From Spirochaetia bacterium (GTDB taxonomy: Bacteria > Spirochaetota > Spirochaetia > SP-2023), in contig CBDDCK010000001.1 in NCBI GenBank assembly GCA_965225855.1, forward strand, positions 201,995 to 265,994: a stretch of DNA of 64,000 bases, in the 5' to 3' direction. A program made the position numbers and the translations under genes. The notes below the pieces were generated by a model. It did no database searches. It saw nothing but the letters and a program-made list of their open reading frames with translations, and was not told the DNA's origin. How positions within the stretch are numbered: position 1 is the first letter of the stretch; each line of letters opens with the position of its first letter. Shown one piece after another: positions 41,663 to 52,319 of this stretch.

Positions 41663-43852
41663 CTAGCGATTCATTGAATCACTAAAATTTTGTAAAGAAC
41701 GCTGTTGTTGTTCTAGCTGATTTAACGCACCTTCCATTTGGCCATATTTACGTTTTAAACCAGACTCATAATCTTTTAAATAATCTTTATAATCGGCAAT
41801 TCTGCGCTCACTATCTTGGATATTGCGCTCTAAATCTTTTACTCTGTAGGGAATAGGCCCGTTTGGTTGTGTATAGCTACTACTGATTTTTTGTACTTCC
41901 AGCGAGCTGCCACTGTCTATGATAAAATCCCCATCGTTATCGCGGCCAAATAAATCCTGCACCATGATAAAATTATCTTCCATTGCTTGGCGGAATATTT
42001 CCGTATCAAATTCTAAATATCCGCGCAGCTTACTTTGGTCAATGCCACCTTGGAAGCCAGAGAGATTTCCAGAAATTCCCACATCAGATAGAACACGTGT
42101 GCCCAATTCGGTAGGGTAGCCATCGGAAACACTGCTTATCAAGCGATATTTCAAATTGATAATACTACTATCGCTGCGCATTAAACCCAGCACTTTGCGG
42201 GCCTCTTCTTCTTGCTTTTCGGTAAATGATGTTTTTTCGCGGATAATATTGTCATTTGTACTGCTAACCACGTTGACTTGAGTCATCAAATCATTATAAG
42301 AAGTGATAAACTCGGCTACTTTTTGAATTATGGTTTCGTAATCAGGTTCGGTGCGAATGATAATATCTTCATCAGGTTTGGCTTTTTTTACTTGTAATGT
42401 TAGGCCGGGCAGCAAATCATCAATATTATTATTGGCTCGTTCGGTTTCCACGCCCAAGTACGATATTTTGGCATTTTGGGCCATGCGAATAGGGTGGGCG
42501 CCCAAATAGCCATCTTTAATTTCTGTATTTTCAAAACGTAAATCACGCAGAACAATATTTTTATCGGGATTGGGGTTGCGGATGATTACCTCGTCAATAT
42601 TGCGTAGTTTGTCTATACTATCCAATGCCAATATTTCTTCATGGGCTATTGTCGATATTTGCACTTCGCCTTCTTTAGGGCCCGCAGCAATTCGGCGGTC
42701 TTGCTGCACAAAATAAAAATTGGCAACAGGATTAAACAAATTGATGGGTTGTTCATCTGGTTCCGATTTATTCTTTTTTGTTCTTTGTTTCAGGGGAGCA
42801 GGGGCGCTATCTTCTGCAGGGGGAAGATCATCGGGGGTAATGTGAATAAATGCGGAATCACTACCCGCACTGTCAATACGAATATCGTCTAACTCTGCAT
42901 AAGGTGGGGGCGGAATTTTACTGGCATCACGGCTACTAAAGCGGGAACGATTTTTAACTCCAAAATCTTCGGGCAGCTGTGGGCCTTCTTTTTTGGGCTT
43001 ATTCGGTACATTGTCTGGAGTATTGCTAATCAGCGGAAGTTTTTCGCTAGGGATTTCTATTTCATAGCGCATCACTCCACCAGAGCGCACCGTATAGTTA
43101 TTGGGCAAACTAATACGCAATTCTTGGCCGGGCCCAATATTGACTTTATTTTCTGTTTCAGAAAGTTTATAGTTAGAAAGTTTGTTGAATGGTTTAATAA
43201 GAGTTGTTTTGAGCAAGTCAAGCCGAAGGGAATCGGCATCGAGAATTAAACCCGTTTTTACAGCAAACTCTTTTCCAAGGTCTTTAAATTGAAGGCGATG
43301 TTCTGCTCCGCTTTTTACGGCACTAAATACCAAAACCCTGTTGGAACCTCGATTTTTAATAATATGAAACTGGGCTATACCCCTTAGTTGACGGTTGGCT
43401 ATACTTATAAATTGTTGCAGTACCCCTCCAGAAAATGTAAAAGATTTGGTATTTTCTCCTGAACCAAATGTATACTCTCCACTGGGTACCATATAATCAT
43501 TATTGATTTCATTGGAACGCAAGCTATCCGTTTGGGCCACTTGTAAAACCCGCACGGTGTATTCGCCATTTTCAGCCTGCCTGTTGTTACTAACTGTCAA
43601 TACATTTTCGTCAGAACTACTAGAAAATTTCTGGCGGAAAGGGTTATCTATGTTGTATAGGGTCCTCGAGCTATCTTCTAGTTTATTGGTCAAAATATTG
43701 ATGCTTTGCCAGACATTGCGTTTGAGCTCAAACTGGTCATGGTCTTCTTCCATTTGGTTGAGCTGGATTTCTTTGGCTTTGACCAAGCCACCAATAATCG
43801 TATCGGTTTTATATTTACTTTTGGTAATACCTGGAATACTTAGATCGGACAT
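41663..43852 (-). CDS. fliD: Flagellar filament cap protein FliD
   Basis: MSDLSIPGI N-terminus, NNIDDLLPGLTL, coiled-coil C-terminus LKRKYGQMEGAL. Confidence 0.9.
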   Translation of the reverse strand: MSDLSIPGITKSKYKTDTIIGGLVKAKEIQLNQMEEDHDQFELKRNVWQSINILTNKLEDSSRTLYNIDNPFRQKFSSSSDENVLTVSNNRQAENGEYTVRVLQVAQTDSLRSNEINNDYMVPSGEYTFGSGENTKSFTFSGGVLQQFISIANRQLRGIAQFHIIKNRGSNRVLVFSAVKSGAEHRLQFKDLGKEFAVKTGLILDADSLRLDLLKTTLIKPFNKLSNYKLSETENKVNIGPGQELRISLPNNYTVRSGGVMRYEIEIPSEKLPLISNTPDNVPNKPKKEGPQLPEDFGVKNRSRFSSRDASKIPPPPYAELDDIRIDSAGSDSAFIHITPDDLPPAEDSAPAPLKQRTKKNKSEPDEQPINLFNPVANFYFVQQDRRIAAGPKEGEVQISTIAHEEILALDSIDKLRNIDEVIIRNPNPDKNIVLRDLRFENTEIKDGYLGAHPIRMAQNAKISYLGVETERANNNIDDLLPGLTLQVKKAKPDEDIIIRTEPDYETIIQKVAEFITSYNDLMTQVNVVSSTNDNIIREKTSFTEKQEEEARKVLGLMRSDSSIINLKYRLISSVSDGYPTELGTRVLSDVGISGNLSGFQGGIDQSKLRGYLEFDTEIFRQAMEDNFIMVQDLFGRDNDGDFIIDSGSSLEVQKISSSYTQPNGPIPYRVKDLERNIQDSERRIADYKDYLKDYESGLKRKYGQMEGALNQLEQQQRSLQNFSDSMNR

Positions 43853-43868
43853 TGACTCTACATTCTCA

Positions 43869-44906
43869 TTATTTTTGCTCTACAGAGGGTATAGTTGAGT
43901 TGGGATTTTTCGCAGTTTGAGTTTGGGCTGGAGCTGTATAACTATTGCGGTACAGATTGCGTACATCCTCTGTTGTGAGCACTCGATCCCATAGACGGAA
44001 ATCATCCATTTGTCCAATTAAATTAAAAGTATTGTGGTCTTCTTTGATTTTACCATTTTTATCGGTACTGCGGTAAAGGGCCGTCATTAACAGCAAATCC
44101 GAAACATTTTTTTGGTAAAGTTCGTAGTTAATATCGGTTGAAAAAATGAGGCTGCCGTTGACGTATGCGTTAAGTTGTTGATTACCAAAACTAACTACAA
44201 CATGATTCCAAACTAAATTATTGGGGATAGCATTGTCTATAAGATAGGGGTGGTAACCACTATTTTGATCAACTAGAAAAATAAATAATCTCCCCCCTCC
44301 GTCAGAAGAATTGCCTACATTGGTATAGGCAATAGTAAATATGCCATCAGCAGTTTGGGTATTGGTATAAGCTGCTTTCCACTTGCTAACTAAGTATTGT
44401 GGGCGATTGGTATCGAAACTGCGGAACCAGAAGCTCAAAGTCAATTGCTTAAGTGTATTGAGAATAGGAGTCGTTCGGATACGAACATAGCTGCCCGAAC
44501 CTGTACTCAATACCGATTTTTGGGGCTCATTGCGAGGGTCATCACTAAAAGGTATGATGCCGTTGCTGGCAATCTCTAAAACTTCAGAACCTAAATTTTT
44601 GAAGTTTCTATCAAATGGCAAATGGATTAATGGTGGCCCACCGTTTCTTACAATATTGTCGGATGCTATTTCACTATTTGCGATACTTTGGCCAAAGCGC
44701 CCACCTACTACGGAAGTCTTTGGTATTCTTAGTTGGCTATCTGCTTGAGAATCGTAAAATACAATCGTCTCTTCATCCATAGAGAAAATTGAACCCCTAA
44801 GTATACGGCCATCGTTTAAAACCAAGGTGTCTTCTGCGTAAAGGGATTTTATCGCCAATTGGAACAACAGCACGGCTAGAAATAAGTTCTTTTTACTAAA
44901 AGTCAT
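43869..44906 (-). CDS. Secreted LamG/concanavalin-like jelly-roll domain protein
   Basis: Signal peptide; TLSFWF, WNHVVV, AYVNG, GQMDDFRLWDRVLT motifs. Confidence 0.8.
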   Translation of the reverse strand: MTFSKKNLFLAVLLFQLAIKSLYAEDTLVLNDGRILRGSIFSMDEETIVFYDSQADSQLRIPKTSVVGGRFGQSIANSEIASDNIVRNGGPPLIHLPFDRNFKNLGSEVLEIASNGIIPFSDDPRNEPQKSVLSTGSGSYVRIRTTPILNTLKQLTLSFWFRSFDTNRPQYLVSKWKAAYTNTQTADGIFTIAYTNVGNSSDGGGRLFIFLVDQNSGYHPYLIDNAIPNNLVWNHVVVSFGNQQLNAYVNGSLIFSTDINYELYQKNVSDLLLMTALYRSTDKNGKIKEDHNTFNLIGQMDDFRLWDRVLTTEDVRNLYRNSYTAPAQTQTAKNPNSTIPSVEQK

Positions 44907-45194
44907 TACTGTCTGTTTCTCGCATTTTCGTTTTTGTTTGAGCTGAAAAGCATAGCCTGTATTTTCACATAGATTGGGGTGCTTGTCCATAACCGAAAAC
45001 GAATTATGCTGTGATTGGCTTTGCAATGCAAGAGCAAGACGGATAGCTAATTTTACTTTCGTTATTAGATTCCAAACGAGATTACTTAAATCAACATATT
45101 TTGCTTTGTTCATAAAATAAGACTGAATAAGACTGACCCGAAAACTGAGGAGAAAAAGATCGTAGTTTGGGGACAGTTTTTACCTGTAAAAACT

Positions 45195-46535
45195 TTAGGC
45201 AGAAGGCTCAACCATAATGTCTTTTAATTTCGGCTGTTTGGCTAAGTCTTTTCCTAAGCCCCGCAGGCTTGCTGGGTTTTGATAACTGGCACTGGCAAAA
45301 TTATAGCAAAAATTCGTGTGGGCATCGTAGCGGTTTTCCAACAGAGCAACCGCATCTTCGGTCATAACCAGTTCTTCATCGGTAGGAATGACGAAAATTT
45401 TAATCGGGGAATTATGACTAGATATTTCGGTTTCGCAATTTCTTGTGCGGGAAATCGCATTTTTGTCTTGGTCAAGCTGGAAGCCCAATCTATCTATATC
45501 TTCGAGTATTCCCTTGCGATACTCTGGGCTCATTTCCCCAACGCCGGCGGTAAAGATTAAGGCATCAACACGGCCTAAAGAGGCTGCATAGGCACCAATT
45601 TGTTTGCGTACGCGGTAGCATTCCATTTCAAAAGCCAACTTAGCCCGTTCACTGCCTTCTTGATATTTGGCATAAACATCGCGGCGGTCGGTTAAACCTT
45701 CGGTTATTCCGAGGATACCACTTTGCTTGTTGAGCTTCTGGTCAATATCTTTGAGGCTACAGCTAAGGCGCTCTGCCATAAAGGGGATAATTGCTGGGTC
45801 TATATTACCAGAGCGGGTGCCCATCATTAAGCCCTCTAGTGGGGTAAGGCCCATAGTTGTATCAATACAAACCCCATCTTTTACGGCACACATACTAGAA
45901 CCATTACCAATGTGGGCTATAATGAGGTTTGTTGCTACAGGTTTTTTGCCCAATAATACAGCCGCTCTTTTGGCTGTATACAGGTAGGAAATACCGTGGA
46001 AACCATAGCGGCGCACTTGATAATTGCTATACCATTCATAGGGCAAGGGGTACATAAAGGCTTTAGCAGGCATAGTTTGGTGCCAAGCGGTATCCATAAT
46101 GGCACAGTGTGTGGCCTTGGGAAGGGCTTTTTGCGCTGCTTTTATGCCACTAATTTGGGGGGGCATGTGTAAAGGCCCTAAATAAGTTAAGCTTTCAAAG
46201 ACCTTCATCGCCTCTTTATCGATGATGGTGGATTTGGTGAACGCCTCGCCACCGTGGAGCACCCTGTGCCCTACAGTTTGAATTTCCGATAGAGGGATTC
46301 CAGAAGCTTTGATTTCTGCTATAATCCAAGATAGGGCTTGATCATGGTCAGTGCAGTCTTTGTTCTTTACCCATTCTGTACTATCGCTCAGGTGGACTTC
46401 CAGCCGAGTGTTGGGTTGGCTGATACGTTCTACTAAGCCAACTAATAGAACTTCTTTTATGGCCCAGTTATAGATTTGGAATTTTGCAGATGAACTACCA
46501 CAATTTAAGGTTAAAACAAGCATTTGTTTCTCCAC
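45195..46535 (-). CDS. ackA: Acetate kinase
   Basis: LNCGSSSAK, GHRVLHGG, RRYGFHG, GLTPLEGLMMGTRSG, FTAGVGE, IPTDEE motifs. Confidence 0.97.
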   Translation of the reverse strand: MEKQMLVLTLNCGSSSAKFQIYNWAIKEVLLVGLVERISQPNTRLEVHLSDSTEWVKNKDCTDHDQALSWIIAEIKASGIPLSEIQTVGHRVLHGGEAFTKSTIIDKEAMKVFESLTYLGPLHMPPQISGIKAAQKALPKATHCAIMDTAWHQTMPAKAFMYPLPYEWYSNYQVRRYGFHGISYLYTAKRAAVLLGKKPVATNLIIAHIGNGSSMCAVKDGVCIDTTMGLTPLEGLMMGTRSGNIDPAIIPFMAERLSCSLKDIDQKLNKQSGILGITEGLTDRRDVYAKYQEGSERAKLAFEMECYRVRKQIGAYAASLGRVDALIFTAGVGEMSPEYRKGILEDIDRLGFQLDQDKNAISRTRNCETEISSHNSPIKIFVIPTDEELVMTEDAVALLENRYDAHTNFCYNFASASYQNPASLRGLGKDLAKQPKLKDIMVEPSA

Positions 46536-47048
46536 GTATTTTTAGTGGGCCATACTAGCACAATTGGTGGAAAATATCAAGCATAAGAACTCTAACTACG
46601 ATAGCTATGGCCAGGTATTTTATTCTACAAAAAACGCCTTATCAATCTAAATATCCTCAAATGCATAGCTATCATTTATTTTTATCACGGCCCTAACTAG
46701 AAATTGTTTTATGCCTAGGTGATAACTATTGTAAGAATAAACAGTATCTAACTACTGGAAATACTAAGGTGTGGTATTCTAATAAAGTAAGTATCTATAG
46801 TAAAACTAGGCTTGTTAGTACTAGCAGATGTTATAGCCGTTACCTTTAGCCCTCTATCAGAGATACTCCACATTGCTGTTGTACACAGGCTTATCACCTA
46901 CATTGGCAAGCGTGAATCTTTCAGTTAGAAATATTCATGCCTAGATTGTTATTGATTAAAAGACGTTAGTACTTTATTAGTTTTGTTGTTCTTATTTGTA
47001 AATCCTAGTAGTTGTGCTAGATTAAAGCAATTGGTAAGAGAAAAGGAA

Positions 47049-47690
47049 ATGACTAAAAAAGAAAGAGCCTCTCATATAATGCAGGAGCTAAACAGAATAT
47101 ATCCTTCGGTTCCGATTCCGTTGGAGCATAAAGACCCTTATACTTTATTGATTGCAGTTTTACTTTCTGCCCAATGTACTGATGTTCGTGTCAACCAAGT
47201 TACACCGTATTTGTTTGCAAAGGCGGACAATCCCTACGATATGGTAAAGCTTAGCATTGAGCAAATCGCTGCGATTATTCGCCCCTGTGGGCTTGCTCTT
47301 AGGAAATCTCGGGGAATTTACGGTTTATCGGAAATCTTGCTTGCAAAGTATAAAGGCCAAGTACCACAAAGCTTTGAAGAACTAGAGGCGCTTCCTGCGG
47401 TGGGTCATAAGACGGCAGGCGTTGTTCTTGCGCAGGCTTTTGGAATAGCTACTTTTCCTGTCGATACCCATATCCACAGGCTTGCCCAGCGTTGGAGCCT
47501 AAGCTCTGGAAAAAATGTTGTGCAAACAGAGCTGGACCTAAAAACGGTATTTCCCCAAGAGGCTTGGAATAAGTTACATTTACAGATAATTTGGTATGGC
47601 CGAGAATATTGTAAAGCTCGAACTTGCTATGGCTTAGATTGCCCTATTTGCAAAGCGTTATTTCCCCAGAGGAAAATACAGGTAAAGTAA
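47049..47690 (+). CDS. nth: Endonuclease III
   Basis: LLSAQCTD, LPAVGHKTA, VDTHIHR and C-terminal Fe-S cysteine cluster. Confidence 0.95.
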   Translation: MTKKERASHIMQELNRIYPSVPIPLEHKDPYTLLIAVLLSAQCTDVRVNQVTPYLFAKADNPYDMVKLSIEQIAAIIRPCGLALRKSRGIYGLSEILLAKYKGQVPQSFEELEALPAVGHKTAGVVLAQAFGIATFPVDTHIHRLAQRWSLSSGKNVVQTELDLKTVFPQEAWNKLHLQIIWYGREYCKARTCYGLDCPICKALFPQRKIQVK

Positions 47691-47924
47691 AGATTTTTTA
47701 ATATTTCAGCTAGAAATTCCGAATATAATCAGTAGCCTATGCTGAAGGTGAATCGAGGAAAAGAATACAAGATTTCAATTATTGTAATTGAAGTCCTTTC
47801 ATGGGTGGATTATTATGGAATCCTATTTTAGATTTTTTCACTTTAGTTTTAAAAAGTTATTCCCTTTTACTTTGATTTATCATATAACTTCGTTATTAAT
47901 ATTTTTGCTGCGCTGGAGCTTGTT

Positions 47925-48899
47925 TTGAAGTCGGTATTGAAATTGCGTACTCTTTGGTCTTTTTGGTTGTTGTGTTTCTTCAGCCTTAATACAGCTAGTA
48001 TCTTTGCTGTCCAGTTTACTTTGGCTTACTTTGAAAAAGAATCATATTATACGAATTCTGAAATTCGTATTAAAGCCATATTGTTTAATGATGGCAATGA
48101 GGCTTTTTTCTTTCGTGCTGCGGACAATCGAATTTTCAATTTGAATGTCGATGTTCGTACTTTGGATAATAAAGCCCTGAAAGAATCGGCTAATCGTGCT
48201 ATGTTGCTCAATAGTACTAGGCCCTATTTTTATCGAGATATTTCTTTAGAACCGGGTGAGGAATATGCCTTTATTTTTACTTTGAATAACTTTGTTGAAA
48301 TTGATTCACCTGGGATATTTATTTTAGGGGCAAACTACAAGACGGATTTAACCTCACAAAATGTAATTGAATCGAATAAGCTATACTTAAATATTTATCC
48401 TCGGATTCCTGCTAAGCCGGAATATAATGAACGCATAGATAGTAAAACGAAAGAACTGTTGAGAGAACAAGAATTGAGTCCTGATCAAGTGGTTTCCAGT
48501 ACATTGAAATCTCTGTTAGAAGAATCTTGGAACCGTTATTTCTTGTATCTCGATTTAGAGTATTTGATTCGCCAAAGTAGTTACTACTACCGTCGTTTCC
48601 TTGCTTCTAATGAACAAGAACAACGCAGATTATTGAGTAATTTTCGTCAAGCCTTAATCGATGGCACTATTCCAGAAATGGCAGCGATGCTGGATAAGCC
48701 AGAAAAATTTGAAGTTATTCGTACCACATATACCCAGCAAGAAGCAGAAGTTATTGTCTCCATTACTTTTGAACGCAAAGGCTATACGGAAATAATGCGA
48801 TATACATATTATCTACATAGGAAATATAATCAAAACAAGGTAGGTAATATTTGGTATATCTACCGAATAGCGACTCAATTGGTTCGTGGTGATTCTTAG
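47925..48899 (+). CDS. Hypothetical exported protein
   Basis: Signal peptide; 324-aa ORF. Confidence 0.7.
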   Translation: MKSVLKLRTLWSFWLLCFFSLNTASIFAVQFTLAYFEKESYYTNSEIRIKAILFNDGNEAFFFRAADNRIFNLNVDVRTLDNKALKESANRAMLLNSTRPYFYRDISLEPGEEYAFIFTLNNFVEIDSPGIFILGANYKTDLTSQNVIESNKLYLNIYPRIPAKPEYNERIDSKTKELLREQELSPDQVVSSTLKSLLEESWNRYFLYLDLEYLIRQSSYYYRRFLASNEQEQRRLLSNFRQALIDGTIPEMAAMLDKPEKFEVIRTTYTQQEAEVIVSITFERKGYTEIMRYTYYLHRKYNQNKVGNIWYIYRIATQLVRGDS

Positions 48900-49077
48900 A
48901 ATTTATGTTTTTGATGATTGTTCCCTAAATTATATTGAACTATAAACAACCAAAATTCAGTAATGCCTTTATAAAGGCAGGTGAAAATTTACGAACTGTT
49001 GTTAAATTTATGTCTGCTGGAAATAAAAAACTGCGAACTTTAGCAATATTAGCGTTTATGATTTATATTTATGGGTA

Positions 49078-49731
49078 ATGTCTGTGTATCGATTCCGAAT
49101 ATTTTTTAGTGTTTTGTTGTTGTTTGTACCAATAGAGTTATTGGCACAGAGAAAATCTGATTCTGCTCCAAAGATCAAGACATTTGGCGGGCGTTATCAA
49201 GGAGATTTAGGGCTACAAGTAAATGGCTACTTATGGGCACCATTATTCGATATAGACCCAAACGCCGGTAAAACAAAAAATCCCAACTTGAGTTTAGGCG
49301 GTGGGGCAGACCTTGCTTTTGTATATTATTTAACATCTACTATTGGCATAGGTGGCTTTTTGGATTTGGGGATTTCAGCTCCCGCAAATCAAGACCCTGT
49401 TCAAGATTATCTTTTGGCTGTGCTTTTAGGGCCAAGAATTTCTTACGATATAAATATCTATACTATAAAGTATACTTCTCATCCATTATTTAGTTTCCCT
49501 TTGGGTTTTGGGCTGGCCATATCTGCGGTGAAATTTGGCAGTATCACCAATATAATTCCCGTTATAAAATTTGATGTGGGTGCTTATGTCAATCCGTTTA
49601 ATCAGCCAGAATGGGCTTTCGGGCTTAGTTTGCATTATTGGTTTGTACCAGAATTTACCATCACAGATTTGTCCCGCATAGGCAACTATTTGATGATAGG
49701 AATTGGTTTTAATTTTCATTCTGGTGGATGA
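49078..49731 (+). CDS. Small outer-membrane beta-barrel protein (TP0733/OmpW-like)
   Basis: Signal peptide; alternating Gly/aromatic amphipathic strands; C-terminal IGIGFNF. Confidence 0.6.
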   Translation: MSVYRFRIFFSVLLLFVPIELLAQRKSDSAPKIKTFGGRYQGDLGLQVNGYLWAPLFDIDPNAGKTKNPNLSLGGGADLAFVYYLTSTIGIGGFLDLGISAPANQDPVQDYLLAVLLGPRISYDINIYTIKYTSHPLFSFPLGFGLAISAVKFGSITNIIPVIKFDVGAYVNPFNQPEWAFGLSLHYWFVPEFTITDLSRIGNYLMIGIGFNFHSGG

Positions 49732-49762
49732 TAATTTTAAAGAGATAATTTAGAGAAATTAA

Positions 49763-50824
49763 ATGCAATATTATAAGTATTTCATTGCTTGGCTATTTAG
49801 CTGTGCCATATTCTTTTCCCAAATCTCTTGTTCGGACACAGGAGTATTGGCCACAATAGAAGGAATAAAAGAAATATCCGATGGCGAATTGAGTAATAAT
49901 TTATTTGCTCATAGTATAATTGAACTTAATTCGGTAGTTTATCTTGGTAGTAAATTTGTCTGGAAAAAAACTTCCAGTGGAAGCGAGTGGCAAAAAATTT
50001 CCTTACCTGATTATTTAGACCCAAATGAGAATCCTGTTGTCAGTATTGCCACAGATGGCAGCAATTTATTTTTGGCAAGTAATAAAAAACTTTATACGCG
50101 CAACAAAAGTGGGTTTTGGGAAAGAACAACTAAAACTTTGTCTTCTAAAGAATCTTTCCCTTTTTATGCTCTTAGAGGGGTTGACGGTAAAGTTTTAGCG
50201 GTTGACGACAATAATACTATTTACCGCCATACAACTGCTGGGGAATGGGAAGTCTTTTTGAGAGATACGGCAATGAATGATTTTACTAAATTCCAAAATC
50301 ACTATTATTTGGCTTCGGGAAAAAATTTAATAAAAGGCAGAAACTTAAATGAATTGAAATCAAATAAACAAAGTAAAAAGCAAAAACATGAGATTACCAA
50401 TTTGCTAAGCGTAAGCTATTCTAGTACAGAATATTTTTATATGTTAGCTAATAGCAAATTATATCATTCTCAAGATGGTACTTCATGGGAGCTTAAAGAT
50501 GGTTCGGAATCATCGGGAGACTATATCTCTTTGGTTGAAATTGAAGGGAAATTGATTGTTGGTCGTGTCGGTGCTGGTTACCATATTTATAATATAGCTA
50601 GCGATAAATGGCAAACTACCACTTTTAGTGATGGTTTTACCGATACAGATAGTATTAGGAAACTTTCTTCTGGTATATCTATTATGGATTTAAGCTTAGG
50701 AATTTTTTTGTATTTTGATGCTCTTGATAATAATAATGACCGACTATATTCAACCACTGTAGGAAACTTTGGTGTTTTTGCGGCTAAACGCAATGCTAGT
50801 AAATGGGCTTGGGCACCAGAATAA
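49763..50824 (+). CDS. Lipoprotein, probable beta-propeller
   Basis: Lipobox-like SQIS-C; repeated short beta-strand units ending in W (e.g. SQDGTSW). Confidence 0.65.
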   Translation: MQYYKYFIAWLFSCAIFFSQISCSDTGVLATIEGIKEISDGELSNNLFAHSIIELNSVVYLGSKFVWKKTSSGSEWQKISLPDYLDPNENPVVSIATDGSNLFLASNKKLYTRNKSGFWERTTKTLSSKESFPFYALRGVDGKVLAVDDNNTIYRHTTAGEWEVFLRDTAMNDFTKFQNHYYLASGKNLIKGRNLNELKSNKQSKKQKHEITNLLSVSYSSTEYFYMLANSKLYHSQDGTSWELKDGSESSGDYISLVEIEGKLIVGRVGAGYHIYNIASDKWQTTTFSDGFTDTDSIRKLSSGISIMDLSLGIFLYFDALDNNNDRLYSTTVGNFGVFAAKRNASKWAWAPE

Positions 50825-50842
50825 AAGTTTAGGTCAAATTGA

Positions 50843-52288
50843 ATGGAAACTATTTCACGTATATTGCTAGGCCTTCTGGGCCTTTCTTTGATCGTATTGA
50901 TACATGAGCTGGGGCATTTTATCGCTGCAAAATTTTGTAGAGTGCATGTGGAAAGGCTTAGCTTATTTTTAGGTAGGCCACTATTTTCTTGGAAATGGGG
51001 AGCTAGCGAGTTTGCCATAGGTTGGTTGCCATTAGGTGGCTATTGCAAAATGAAAGATGAAGGCCTAGTTCTTCAAGATTTCGGCAACGATTTTGTAGAT
51101 AAAGAGTCACCTAAGGCACAATTTGAGAAACAATATAAACTACAGCAAAATCCCGAAGTTCAATCTATATCGGAGCCTGTTGTCAAAGATTGGTTAACTG
51201 ATGGCAAAAGCTTTCAGGAAATTAGTGCTTTACAGAAAATTTTTATTATATTGGCTGGCCCGTTGATCAATATTTTATTTGCTTTGTTTGTGTTATTTTG
51301 TTTTCAGTTGGGTGGTTATCCAGAGATGGAAAATAGTAACCGAATAATTATACCAAATAACAAACAAACTTCCAAAGATAGTCCATTTCCAGCAGGCCCT
51401 AGCCCCGCACAAAAAGCAGGGCTTCAATCTGGTGATACCATTATTCAGCTTGGTGGCAATACTATAAATAATTTTGCAGATCTGCGACTCACTATTGCAT
51501 TAAGTGCTGATCAAAATTTGGAATTAGAATATTTACGAGATGGCAATATTGTTCAAGGTCAACTAAAACCTATTGTAAATAACGAAGGTCGTGGTTGGAT
51601 TGGGGTTTTGCCTTGGAGAGATCTAGTGTTGCAACGCCCCTATAACAATGGGTCGGTGGAAATCTTGCCCGGTGCGCGCTTAGAGAAAATTAATGGGCAA
51701 TCAGTTCATAATTGGTATGAGCTGCTAGAATTTTTGAAAGGAATTAGCCAAGAAGAAAGTATACAATTACAATGGAGCAGTACCACTGGAGAATTATTAG
51801 AACAAAATAGTATACTGGCAGAGGTAATCCGTTTAAAATTTTTAGCAAAAACTTGGGTACGCAGCCCTAATTTTTGGCATGCGATGATTGCTTCCAGTAA
51901 TAGATTACTCGATATGTTTTCCATGCAGCTCAAGGGGATAGTCCAATTATTGAGTGGTCGCCTACAATTGCAGGGAAATTTGGCTGGCCCTATCCAAATA
52001 TCGGATCAAATAGGGCAAGTTATGGCAGGTTATGGTGCTAGTTTTGTTGAGCGATGGTATAATAGTTGGCTATTTTTAAGCTTCATTAGTTTTATGATTG
52101 CCTTAGCCAATTTATTGCCATTGGCCGTTCTCGATGGCGGGCAAATTTTATTGTATAGTATTGAGCTTATTTCCCGTAAACGTTTGCCAAAAAAATGGAT
52201 AATGATATACCAAGCCGTGGGCAGTTTTGCCGTTATGGGCCTAATGGTTATTGTTTTAGGTTTTGAGCTAATTCATTATATTTTTTAG
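50843..52288 (+). CDS. rseP: RIP metalloprotease RseP (site-2 protease with PDZ domains)
   Basis: HELGH, LPLGGYCKM, AGPLIN, SPAQKAGL (PDZ), NLLPLAVLDGG motifs. Confidence 0.93.
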   Translation: METISRILLGLLGLSLIVLIHELGHFIAAKFCRVHVERLSLFLGRPLFSWKWGASEFAIGWLPLGGYCKMKDEGLVLQDFGNDFVDKESPKAQFEKQYKLQQNPEVQSISEPVVKDWLTDGKSFQEISALQKIFIILAGPLINILFALFVLFCFQLGGYPEMENSNRIIIPNNKQTSKDSPFPAGPSPAQKAGLQSGDTIIQLGGNTINNFADLRLTIALSADQNLELEYLRDGNIVQGQLKPIVNNEGRGWIGVLPWRDLVLQRPYNNGSVEILPGARLEKINGQSVHNWYELLEFLKGISQEESIQLQWSSTTGELLEQNSILAEVIRLKFLAKTWVRSPNFWHAMIASSNRLLDMFSMQLKGIVQLLSGRLQLQGNLAGPIQISDQIGQVMAGYGASFVERWYNSWLFLSFISFMIALANLLPLAVLDGGQILLYSIELISRKRLPKKWIMIYQAVGSFAVMGLMVIVLGFELIHYIF

Positions 52289-52319
52289 AGAAATTTTTCG
52301 TAATTTTCAAGTTTCTTGT

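Noticed and set aside
43869..45113. Long N-terminal extensions in the ORF track (this ORF, ribokinase, recF, nth, lipoproteins)
   Set aside because: Downstream ATGs fit RBS position, signal peptides or family N-termini better
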